This document shows, piece after piece, positions 21,103 to 29,648 of a DNA stretch of 64,000 nt; position 1 is the first letter of the stretch; each line of letters opens with the position of its first letter. The notes beneath the pieces are model-generated. The model saw nothing but the letters and a program-made list of their open reading frames with translations, ran no database searches and was not told where the DNA came from. Both the position numbers and the translations under genes were made by a program. The stretch is from Pirellulales bacterium (GTDB taxonomy: Bacteria > Planctomycetota > Planctomycetia > Pirellulales > PALSA-1355): assembly GCA_963733035.1 (NCBI GenBank), contig CAVTBU010000006.1, forward strand, positions 896,001 to 960,000. Direction: 5' to 3'.

Positions 21103-22074
21103 TCACTTCGCCGCCTGTTTGGCGGGCTCACTATCGTCTGCGGCCTGAGCGGGCTCGCCTTTCAGATGTTCGTCGAACCAATCGGCGATGGTACCGAAGT
21201 CTTGCACCAGCATCGATGGCCAAACGCCGTGGCCGGCACCTTTTTTGACGATCAGTTCTACGGGCACTCCAGCCTCCTTGAACTTCTCGACAATGATCTC
21301 CGACTGTTGCAGCGGCACGAGCTCATCGGAGTCGCCATGCAGGATGAGGGTTGGCGCGTCTCCGGAGTTGACGTGATAGATGGGCGACATTTCCTTGCAG
21401 ATCGCTTCGCGCGTGGCCAGGTCGACCGGCATGAAGAGCTTAGTCTTTGGGTCCTGTACGCGGAAATCGAACGGTGGCTTGAATTGGTGATTGGGTTCGA
21501 TACCCAGCGACTTCACGCCCGGCTCGCCGTAATTCAGGAAGTCGGTCGGCGGAAAGAAGCACGCGACCGCCTGTACGCAGCTACTGGCCCGGTCAACCGG
21601 GTCCTTGGCGTTGGGGTCACCTTCGCAACCGGCGCAGCCCAGCATGAGCGAGAGGTGGCCGCCGGCCGACGCGCCCGTGATGCCGATGCGATCGGCATCG
21701 ACGTTGAAATCTTTGGCGTGGGTGCGGATGTAGCGTACGGCACGGTTGATGTCCGCGACGCATTCGGGAATGGTGAACTTGGGCTGACTGCCGTGCACGA
21801 CGGCAAACACCGTGTAGCCCCGGTTGAGCAGCGTCATGGCAAAGACTGGCTGAATCTGATCGTGATTTGACACCCAGCCACCGCTGATGCAGACGACGAC
21901 CGCGGCGCCGTTCTGTTTCTTCGGCGTAAAGACATCCATCGTCAATGCGGTGCCGTACTTGCGACCGTAAATGACGTCTTGCTGCCGAGTATAGGCCTCG
22001 GCAGCCAAGGTGGCGCTGGCAATTAAAAGCCAAGCGGTCAGCACCCAGGCAGTCGAACGAAACCAACGCTTCAT
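21103..22074 (-). CDS. Secreted alpha/beta hydrolase (esterase/lipase)
   Basis: ISGGW, GASAGGHL, LHGDSD, GAGHG motifs. Confidence 0.9.
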   Translation of the reverse strand: MKRWFRSTAWVLTAWLLIASATLAAEAYTRQQDVIYGRKYGTALTMDVFTPKKQNGAAVVVCISGGWVSNHDQIQPVFAMTLLNRGYTVFAVVHGSQPKFTIPECVADINRAVRYIRTHAKDFNVDADRIGITGASAGGHLSLMLGCAGCEGDPNAKDPVDRASSCVQAVACFFPPTDFLNYGEPGVKSLGIEPNHQFKPPFDFRVQDPKTKLFMPVDLATREAICKEMSPIYHVNSGDAPTLILHGDSDELVPLQQSEIIVEKFKEAGVPVELIVKKGAGHGVWPSMLVQDFGTIADWFDEHLKGEPAQAADDSEPAKQAAK

Positions 22075-22232
22075 GGCGTGACTTCCTTTGGAGGGAAAGC
22101 GGAGAAGGAGAGCGAGCCCCGGGGCCGCGGAACGCCAGGAAGCGCCCCGCCAGCTGTGTCATTTAGTTTACCCCGGCGCGGCGCGCCAAAAAAGCATGGG
22201 CGACAGCGCCAGGGCGATTGGACCAGCGCCGG

Positions 22233-23011
22233 TCAAGCCCCGAGAAAGTCGCTTCGCATGTCCGCCAGGGCCGGAAACTTCTGACGATATGTCAGGAGCG
22301 AGTCTCGCTCCACAGTGCCGGAGATGACCTCCGCTTCGGATCCGGCGAGCGCCAATGGCTCCCCTTTGGGGTCAAGGATCACGCTGTGCCCTGCGTACTC
22401 GACGTGAGGGTCGGACCCCACGCGGTTGACACCCACGAGATAGCACTGGTTCTCGATGGCACGGGCGGGGAGTAGGGCTCGCCAATGCGAATCGCGGGCT
22501 TGCGGCCAATTGGCGACCACCACCAGCAATTCGGCTCCCTGGCGCGTTGCATGGCGAAAGACTTCGGGGAACCGCAGATCGTAGCACACGAACGGGGCCA
22601 CCAGAAAACCTTGCCAGGCGAACGTCACGACTTCGCTGCCGCCAGCATAGTGTTTCGTCTCACGAGCGAATGAAAAGGGATGGATCTTCGCATATCGCGC
22701 TAGCACGTTTCCTTCCGCATCGAAAGCGACGGCCTCGTTCAAGCCCCGCCCGTCGGGCGCTCGGGTGACAACACCTCCGACGACGGTCGCACGGTGCCGC
22801 CGAGCTGTTTCGGCCAGAAATTGGTGCGTCGGGCCGTCGTGGGCTTCGGCGATTCCGGCGACATTCATGCTGAAGCCGGTAGCGAACATTTCCGGCAGCA
22901 CAATCAGCGCACGGGTTCGACCGCCGCGCCCGCGAGCAACGTTCGCACGCGCTCGAAATTGGCGGGCTTGTCCTCCCAAACGATGTCGGGCTGAACGGCA
23001 ACGACTTGCAT
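22233..23011 (-). CDS. Carbon-nitrogen hydrolase (omega-amidase-like); apparent missing base near 22912
   Basis: MQVVAVQPDIVWEDK start in one frame; LPEMFATG, YAKIHPF, VCYDLRFPE, ARAIENQ in the other. Confidence 0.85.
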
Positions 23012-23015
23012 GGAG

Positions 23016-24182
23016 TTATCCTTTTACGATTGTTTGCAGACCGCGAGCCAGTCGCCCGACGCCGGTGGCGATGGTGTCGCGCTCGAGCGCGCCATAGGCC
23101 ACGCGCAAATAGCAGCCGTTGTCGATGCCAAACGTCGTGCCGGGAATGACGGCCACGCCGAACTCGCGCACGAGCCGTTCCACAACATCCATCGCGTCTA
23201 GTGGGATGTTGACTCGCAACAAGAAATAAAAAGCCCCGAGGGCTGGCGGAATCGTGCAGAACGAACGTACCGCATCGAGTTCCTCCAAAACCAAATGCCT
23301 GACTTCAGCGACCCGCGCCAGGTTCGCGCGGCGATATTCGGGCGGTGCGGCGAGAGCTCCCAGCGCCGCATATTGCGAGACGACGGGTGGACAGATCAGA
23401 ATCGTGTCTTGTGCCTTGCGCACCGCCACGGCCAGTGATTCGGGAATCACCATGTAGCCGATCCGCCAGCTGGCAAAACCGTAAGCTTTTGAGAACGAAT
23501 AGAGCGAGATGGTGTGTTGTACCGCATCGGTAAGTGAAGCCGGTGAGAAGTGCTGGGCGCCTTCGTAAATGAAGTACTCGTAGGCCTCATCGCTGATGTG
23601 ATAGATACCAAGCTTGCGGCACAATTCGTTGACTGCTTCGAGCGTCTGCCGAGGATAGACGGCTCCTGACGGATTGTTCGGTGAAATCGTGACGATGGCC
23701 CGCGTTCGCGGCGTAATTGCCGATTGCAGGGCATCGAAATCGATCTGAAATTCCGCATCGAGCGGCACCACGACGGCCCGGCAATTGAGCATCGCCACGG
23801 CCATTTCGTGATTGAAGTAGTAGGGCGAGAACAGGATGATCTCGTCTCCCGGATCGGCGATTGCCAGCAGAGCGTTGAAAAACGCCATATTGCCGCCGGC
23901 GGTTACCACGACGCGATTGCCCTGGCCGATTGGAATGCCGTTCTCGGTGGTCAGCTTCTGGCCGAGTGCTTGCACCAGCGGCGCGATGCCCTCGACGCCG
24001 TGGTACTTATGGTTCTGGGGATCGGCCAGCATCGTCTCAATCGCGTCGATCGCCTGCCGTGGAGGCCCGTAGTGGACCACTCCTTGTCCGAGCGAGATCG
24101 TGCCCGGATGCCGTCGGATCAATTCGGCCACGACCGGAATGATCGGCGTCTGGACGGCCTGCATGCGGTTCGAAAGGTACAT
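23016..24182 (-). CDS. Class I/II PLP-dependent aminotransferase
   Basis: SLGQG, SPNNPSG, SDEAY, SFSKAYGFASWRIGY. Confidence 0.93.
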   Translation of the reverse strand: MYLSNRMQAVQTPIIPVVAELIRRHPGTISLGQGVVHYGPPRQAIDAIETMLADPQNHKYHGVEGIAPLVQALGQKLTTENGIPIGQGNRVVVTAGGNMAFFNALLAIADPGDEIILFSPYYFNHEMAVAMLNCRAVVVPLDAEFQIDFDALQSAITPRTRAIVTISPNNPSGAVYPRQTLEAVNELCRKLGIYHISDEAYEYFIYEGAQHFSPASLTDAVQHTISLYSFSKAYGFASWRIGYMVIPESLAVAVRKAQDTILICPPVVSQYAALGALAAPPEYRRANLARVAEVRHLVLEELDAVRSFCTIPPALGAFYFLLRVNIPLDAMDVVERLVREFGVAVIPGTTFGIDNGCYLRVAYGALERDTIATGVGRLARGLQTIVKG

Positions 24183-24359
24183 CGGGGCAGGGGTTCCGCT
24201 AGAAGGGATCGAGGGGAAGGTCGGCTTGCGTGCAGCCCCGATGATAGCGTCTGGAGCCGGGTCGTTAAATCGGCGTTCACAATTGACGATTCGCCTTTCG
24301 CAAGGTGCGAGGATTCGGTAAATACAGCCAGCTTTCACCCCCTGCCGGGAGGCACCTCC

Positions 24360-25622
24360 ATGCCCTGCTGTTTGTCGCGAGTCTCTCCAAACGTCGTCTT
24401 GTTGGCTTGCGTCGTCTCGGTATTCGCGAGCACGGTGTGTCGTGCTCAGACACCTCGCCAATGGGCGTCTGCTCGCGACTGGCTGGTCGAGACGGAATTG
24501 GCGGCCGCGGGCATCAAGGAGCCCACCGTGCTGGCCGCGATGCGTGAGGTTCCTCGGCACGAGTTTGTTCCCGCCGACTTGAGGCCTTACGCCTACTTGG
24601 ACACGACTTTGCCGATTGGCGAGGGTCAGACGATTTCTCCCCCGTTCATCGTGGCTTGGATGACCGAGCAACTCGAGCCGCAGCCGACCGACCGCGTGCT
24701 CGAAATTGGCACCGGCAGCGGCTATCAGGCCGCGGTGTTGAGCCGACTGGTGAAGGACGTCTATACGATCGAGATTCACGAGCCGCTCGCCAAGAGGGCC
24801 GAGCAAGCCTTGAGACGCGTCGGCTATGGGAACGTTCACACTCGATGCGGCGACGGTTTTCGCGGCTGGCCTGAAGCGGCGCCGTTCGACAAGATCATCG
24901 TTACTTGTTCACCCGAAAAAGTGCCCGCCCCGCTGGCCGAGCAATTGCGAGAGGGGGGGCGGATGCTAATCCCTGTCGGTGAAAGCTTTCAGCAGAATCT
25001 CTGCGTGCTGATCAAGCAACATGGCAAGTTGACATTGGCCGCCAAGAAACCCACGTACTTCGTACCGATGACCGGCAAGGCCGAGTCCTTCCGTAGCGAC
25101 GGCGAACTCGGACCCTTGACGCCGCTCGCCAACGGCGACTTTGACCAGGTGGTTGAGCCCGGGGTTCCGGCGGCCTGGTACTACGTCCGACAAGCAACGC
25201 TTGAGCCGGGCGGAGCCAGCGGCGGCCAAGGTCAATTCATTCGCTTCGACAACCGAGTGCCGGGCCGCCGGTCGCATGTGCTGCAATCGATCGGTGTCGA
25301 TGGCCGAAGCGTGTCGCAATTGACGGTCCGCACGTGGGTCAAAGCACGTGACATTGAGCCGACAAACAAGTCCGACCCGCGCGACGGCGGAAAGCTGTAT
25401 GTGTCGTTTTTTGACGCCGACCGGCAGACCGTGGGAGAGCAGATCGTCGGCCTGTGGCGGGGGAGTTTCGATTGGCGTCGCCAAAGCGGCGTGGTCAAAG
25501 TGCCTCCGACGGCGATGGGCGCCACGATCGCGGTGGGGCTGTTTGGCGCCACCGGTGAATTGTGCTGCGACGACATCGAAGTTCGCTCGGACCAGGTCCA
25601 GACGGCCGCGCGCCCTCGCTAG
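24360..25622 (+). CDS. pcm: Protein-L-isoaspartate O-methyltransferase with signal-like N-terminus and extra C-terminal domain
   Basis: VPRHEF, GQTISPP, VLEIGTGSGYQAAVL, APFDKIIVT, FVPMTG. Confidence 0.88.
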   Translation: MPCCLSRVSPNVVLLACVVSVFASTVCRAQTPRQWASARDWLVETELAAAGIKEPTVLAAMREVPRHEFVPADLRPYAYLDTTLPIGEGQTISPPFIVAWMTEQLEPQPTDRVLEIGTGSGYQAAVLSRLVKDVYTIEIHEPLAKRAEQALRRVGYGNVHTRCGDGFRGWPEAAPFDKIIVTCSPEKVPAPLAEQLREGGRMLIPVGESFQQNLCVLIKQHGKLTLAAKKPTYFVPMTGKAESFRSDGELGPLTPLANGDFDQVVEPGVPAAWYYVRQATLEPGGASGGQGQFIRFDNRVPGRRSHVLQSIGVDGRSVSQLTVRTWVKARDIEPTNKSDPRDGGKLYVSFFDADRQTVGEQIVGLWRGSFDWRRQSGVVKVPPTAMGATIAVGLFGATGELCCDDIEVRSDQVQTAARPR

Positions 25623-25771
25623 CAGACCGTCGACGAATTCGACGGGCTGCGTCATCGCATGGATGCGATGCCAAAATAGCGACGTAGGTCGTTATTTTGC
25701 GGGCCGGGCGGAGCTTTGCTTCGCACTTGGCGAGGTTGAAAAATGCCACGACGGCATTTTTCAACTGGCTG
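25623..25771. mobile_element. 149 bp MITE-like element, copy 1 (inverted relative to copies 2 and 3)
   Basis: Near-identical to 41869-42017 and 54854-55003; imperfect terminal inverted repeats; CTAG on both sides (25619-22, 25772-75). Confidence 0.8.
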
Positions 25772-26635
25772 CTAGCGCAAGGGCGAATGATCGGACGACC
25801 AGCTCTTAACCGCGAGCGTGGGGTGCCCTTCGCGGATCTTGACCGAGAAGTCGGGGCTGTCGCGATAGACATAGGCGACGTCGTTAATTCTGGCACCCTG
25901 CCTGGTGCGCTGGAAGTTCTCGTCGACCTTGATCAGTTTCAGTTGGTATGCGAGTTGATCTGAATACGCCGGGAACAACACCTGGTAGGTGTACGGTACT
26001 TTGCTCGGGGCAATCTCGTTGATGTGCCGCACGATATTGGTCGTGCAATTGTTCGTGATCAGGTTGTAGTCTTCGGGCTCGCGGCTGAGTTTGTTGGCCC
26101 GCCGCATCATGCTGGTGAAGAGTTGCTGCATTTGAGCCCGCGAGGCCTGGGCTCGATACATGTAGACGTCGGACTTCCAGTAGATGGAGCGGAGCTCGAT
26201 CAGATCGCGTTCGTCGCCAACGACGTACATCAGTTCGGTAGGCTTCATCAGACTTTTGGCGAGGGCAAAATCTTCACCGGCCCTGCGGCGTACTTCGACG
26301 CTGACCGCCACGTAGTCTCGGCCATCAAAGCCGAAGCTGAGGAACGTGTGAGCTCCGCCCGGCACATCGTCGAACGGCACGACAATGAAGTCGACCGAGT
26401 CGAGCTTCTCCAGGTCGAAGGTTTTGTCATAGTGGCGCACCGTGTAATCGTCGGCTGAACGGTACTTGGTATTGCGAATGTTGTGGATGGTGACTTGATT
26501 GCCGGAGAAGTCGGCAGTCGGCAGCACGGCCTGGTTGGGAGACCACTGGCTTTGCGCGCCTTTGCAGCCCAGCGCGCAAATCGACAGCATTGCGCAGACG
26601 AAGACGGCTCGCGTTTGGAAACGCTGTAGTTGCAT
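25772..26635 (-). CDS. DUF4105 / Lnb N-terminal-like domain lipoprotein
   Basis: AHTFLSFGF, SVEVRR, YNLITNNCTTN motifs; LGC lipobox. Confidence 0.8.
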   Translation of the reverse strand: MQLQRFQTRAVFVCAMLSICALGCKGAQSQWSPNQAVLPTADFSGNQVTIHNIRNTKYRSADDYTVRHYDKTFDLEKLDSVDFIVVPFDDVPGGAHTFLSFGFDGRDYVAVSVEVRRRAGEDFALAKSLMKPTELMYVVGDERDLIELRSIYWKSDVYMYRAQASRAQMQQLFTSMMRRANKLSREPEDYNLITNNCTTNIVRHINEIAPSKVPYTYQVLFPAYSDQLAYQLKLIKVDENFQRTRQGARINDVAYVYRDSPDFSVKIREGHPTLAVKSWSSDHSPLR

Positions 26636-26829
26636 GGGTTCGCGCCCCATCCAGGGGCGTGCTTCCGCGCCGAGTTGGCCGAACGACGTGCCGGGCGCGT
26701 ACGCGCCCAGCACGTGATTACTGGATTTCCCCGGAGCGGGCAAGGCGAATGGTGAAAACTCAAACAACTGGGCAAGATGCCCACGCCCCGCGCGTTTGCC
26801 GGGCGCGTTCCGACGGTGCTAGCAATTTT

Positions 26830-27828
26830 TTACGTCGGACGACCTTCGATGACGCTCACATCGGCCGGGGTTGAAACGATGCGTTCCAGGCGGAACCCGG
26901 AGTTGGCAAACAGTTCGCGATACTCTGACTCGGTGCGTTCTTTTCCGCCGGGCCCGACCATCATCATCAAGTCGAGCAATTTGGTGAAACTCGGTTCATT
27001 GCCGGGTGGAATGACGTTCTCGATGACCAGCAGTCGACCCTCCATGCCGATCACCTTACGAATGTTCCCGAGGATGGTGAGTGCCGGCTGGTCGGCCCAG
27101 TCATGGATGATGTGTCGCATTACGTAGGCGTCGGCGCCGGGCGGCACGGCCTCGAAAAAGTTCACGGGAATCGCCTGGATCCGACCGGCCAGACCGTCGG
27201 CCGCGATGAGCGGAGCGGCTCGTTCGATGACGCCGGGCAGATCGCAAAGCATGCCACGTACCTTGGGGTACTTCTGCAAAATGCCGCGGAGCAGGCTGCC
27301 GTTACCTCCGCCGATGTCGGCCACCGTGCCCAGAGGAGAAAAGTCGTAGGCGTCGACCATGGCCGCCGTTTCGCGGCCGTGCACGCTAACCATCGCGGTA
27401 TCAAACACGGCGGCCTGCGCGGGATGCTTCGACAGGTAGTCGAACACGGGCTCGCCGAACAGATGGTCAAAGGCGATCTTGCCGGTTTGCACGCTGTAGA
27501 GCAATTCGCCCCAGGACTTGTATTGCTCTTCGCCCGACATGATTGCAAATGCGCGTTGTGAATTGGGCACGTCGCTTCGCAGTCCTTCGGCCAAAGGCGT
27601 CATGGCAAAACGCCCGTCGGCCTGTTGTTGGTAGATTCCCAAACTTGCCAATGCCCGCAACACGCGGTAGAGCGGTCCGGCTTGGACGTTCAGTTGGGCG
27701 GCTAGTTGTTCGGGAGTTTGCGGCTCCGTGTGGAGCAGGTCGGACAAGCCAAGCTTGGCGGCGACGTAGACTGCCTGCGTAGTCCAGTAGCCGGTAATCA
27801 TGCTTCCTAATTGCGGTGCGGTACTCAT
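26830..27828 (-). CDS. O-methyltransferase (dimerisation + Methyltransf_2)
   Basis: AAKLGLSDLL, ADIGGGNG, MRHIIHDW, GGKERT. Confidence 0.9.
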   Translation of the reverse strand: MSTAPQLGSMITGYWTTQAVYVAAKLGLSDLLHTEPQTPEQLAAQLNVQAGPLYRVLRALASLGIYQQQADGRFAMTPLAEGLRSDVPNSQRAFAIMSGEEQYKSWGELLYSVQTGKIAFDHLFGEPVFDYLSKHPAQAAVFDTAMVSVHGRETAAMVDAYDFSPLGTVADIGGGNGSLLRGILQKYPKVRGMLCDLPGVIERAAPLIAADGLAGRIQAIPVNFFEAVPPGADAYVMRHIIHDWADQPALTILGNIRKVIGMEGRLLVIENVIPPGNEPSFTKLLDLMMMVGPGGKERTESEYRELFANSGFRLERIVSTPADVSVIEGRPT

Positions 27829-27887
27829 GGCAAGTAGCTCCAGATTTTCGATCCGTGAACGAGAAGTGAATCTGCCGGGACGCGTGG

Positions 27888-28352
27888 TCAGGCAGGTTCC
27901 GGGACGATCTCGGAAGTGCAGTTTGGACATCTCTGGGCCTTCTTGGAGATCATGGTGTGGCACATCGGGCATTCGCGATTTTGCGGTGGCGGCGCGGGGG
28001 GCGAGAGACGGTTTACCTGCTTGACCACGAGAAAGACGCAGAACGCCACGATCAGGAACGTGATCACGTTGTTGATGAAGCGTCCATAGTTGATCGTGGC
28101 AATGCCACTCGCCTTGGCTGCTGTGGCCGACGTGGCCTTGGCAAAGTCGTCGGCATTCTTGGCGTTGAGCGGCAAAGCGAAGTCCTGAAAGTCACCGACA
28201 TGGCTGGCCGACAGCAGTACGCCTATCGGAGGCATCATCACGTCGTCGACCATCGAAGTGACGACTTTCCCGAACGCCGCGCCGATGATGACACCGATGG
28301 CCAGATCGATGACACTGCCCCGCAGGGCAAACTTCTTGAATTCCTGCAACAT
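27888..28352 (-). CDS. mscL: Large-conductance mechanosensitive channel with C-terminal CxxC-CxxC
   Basis: EFKKFALRGSVIDLAIGVIIGAAFGKVV; GGAGG RBS. Confidence 0.95.
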   Translation of the reverse strand: MLQEFKKFALRGSVIDLAIGVIIGAAFGKVVTSMVDDVMMPPIGVLLSASHVGDFQDFALPLNAKNADDFAKATSATAAKASGIATINYGRFINNVITFLIVAFCVFLVVKQVNRLSPPAPPPQNRECPMCHTMISKKAQRCPNCTSEIVPEPA

Positions 28353-28474
28353 TGTCCACACCTCCCACGGCTCAGGACGGCCGCCCGACGGCGCGACGGA
28401 AGTTCGTTGCGCAATGGCTGCCAGCGTCCTTTTATAGCGCCCCGGAAGGGCAAGAATCCAGAGCAGTCGCCCGC

Positions 28475-29353
28475 TCAGGCCACCTTGGCATGGCGTTGGG
28501 GCAGATAGGTCGTCAGTTGATCGACGCCCCAGCCGTTTTCTTCGGTGAGCAGGTCGGCAACGCGTGCGGATGTTTCGCCTCGCTTGCCGACGAACAATCG
28601 CAGTGAGGTGCCGCCGTCGGTCGTCCGCTCCACGTCGTGAATCACCAGCCCGTGGCGTGACAGCAAACGCTGCAGTGAAGTCAGCGAGAAATATGACAGA
28701 TCGGTGTGATGTGGCGACCAGAGGTTTCCTCGGTCGATGAGATGTCGCACATAGGGCACTTCCATGACGGCCACGCCCGAATCCTTGAGCACTGTTGGCA
28801 GACCGGAAATCGGCACGTTTGGATCCTCCACGGCCGAAAGCAAATCGCTCAGATGAACGACGTCGGCCTGTTGGCCGCAACCCAGTAAGAAGCCCGCCAA
28901 CTCCCGATCAAAACGTCGGCACAACGTCGGCACGCCATGTTCCAAGCGTGCTAACTCGGCAAGGCGAACGGCCGGCTCGATTCCCAGCACGGGGATGCCA
29001 GCCCTCTGATACTCGGTCAACAGGCGTCCTTCACGGCTGCCAACTTGCATCACGAGACTGGTCGGACGCAGCTTTTGAGAGGCAATCACCTGGCTGGTCA
29101 ACTGTCGGATAGGCCAACAGTTTAGCTCGGACCTGGATCGCACTTCGGCGCTGCGCGACGAAGTATCACGGACCTCCGAGCTGACGCGTTGCACCAGTGC
29201 GCACTTGCCGCAGAACGCCAATTGCTCGCGAACGTTTGCACCCGCGGCCGATGCAGAGTTGGTCGGCGCAGGAACAACCGCGGGTAGTTCCCATTCTAGA
29301 ATCAATTCAAGCGACGATTCCGAACAACTGCGACAATGCGTGGCCTGGAACAT
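28475..29353 (-). CDS. Divergent NDP-sugar C-methyltransferase-like protein lacking the C-terminal domain
   Basis: CRSC / CGKCALVQ zinc motif, GIPVLGIEPA, SYFSL, GTSLRLFV. Confidence 0.65.
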   Translation of the reverse strand: MFQATHCRSCSESSLELILEWELPAVVPAPTNSASAAGANVREQLAFCGKCALVQRVSSEVRDTSSRSAEVRSRSELNCWPIRQLTSQVIASQKLRPTSLVMQVGSREGRLLTEYQRAGIPVLGIEPAVRLAELARLEHGVPTLCRRFDRELAGFLLGCGQQADVVHLSDLLSAVEDPNVPISGLPTVLKDSGVAVMEVPYVRHLIDRGNLWSPHHTDLSYFSLTSLQRLLSRHGLVIHDVERTTDGGTSLRLFVGKRGETSARVADLLTEENGWGVDQLTTYLPQRHAKVA

Positions 29354-29648
29354 GAATCCGTGCCTTTGACGAGAGGATAGGTAACCCCCAAGGTACTGCT
29401 GACCCGGCGAGCGGCGGATAGTACTGGAACTGCCCGGGTGGGGTCAACGCGGGCCTAGGACAAACACGCGTCACTTTTTACTACGTGGAACGCGACGGCA
29501 TAGTTCTCGTGAGAAAGTACAGCGTTTGGGAAACCTCCCGTAGGCCGTGGAGCGAGACTATAATGGCCAAAATGCCGGCCCGGCTGGGAATTTGCCGCTC
29601 GGGAGGGCGAATTGTGAATGACGCAATACTTGGCGAGGATGGTCGGCG

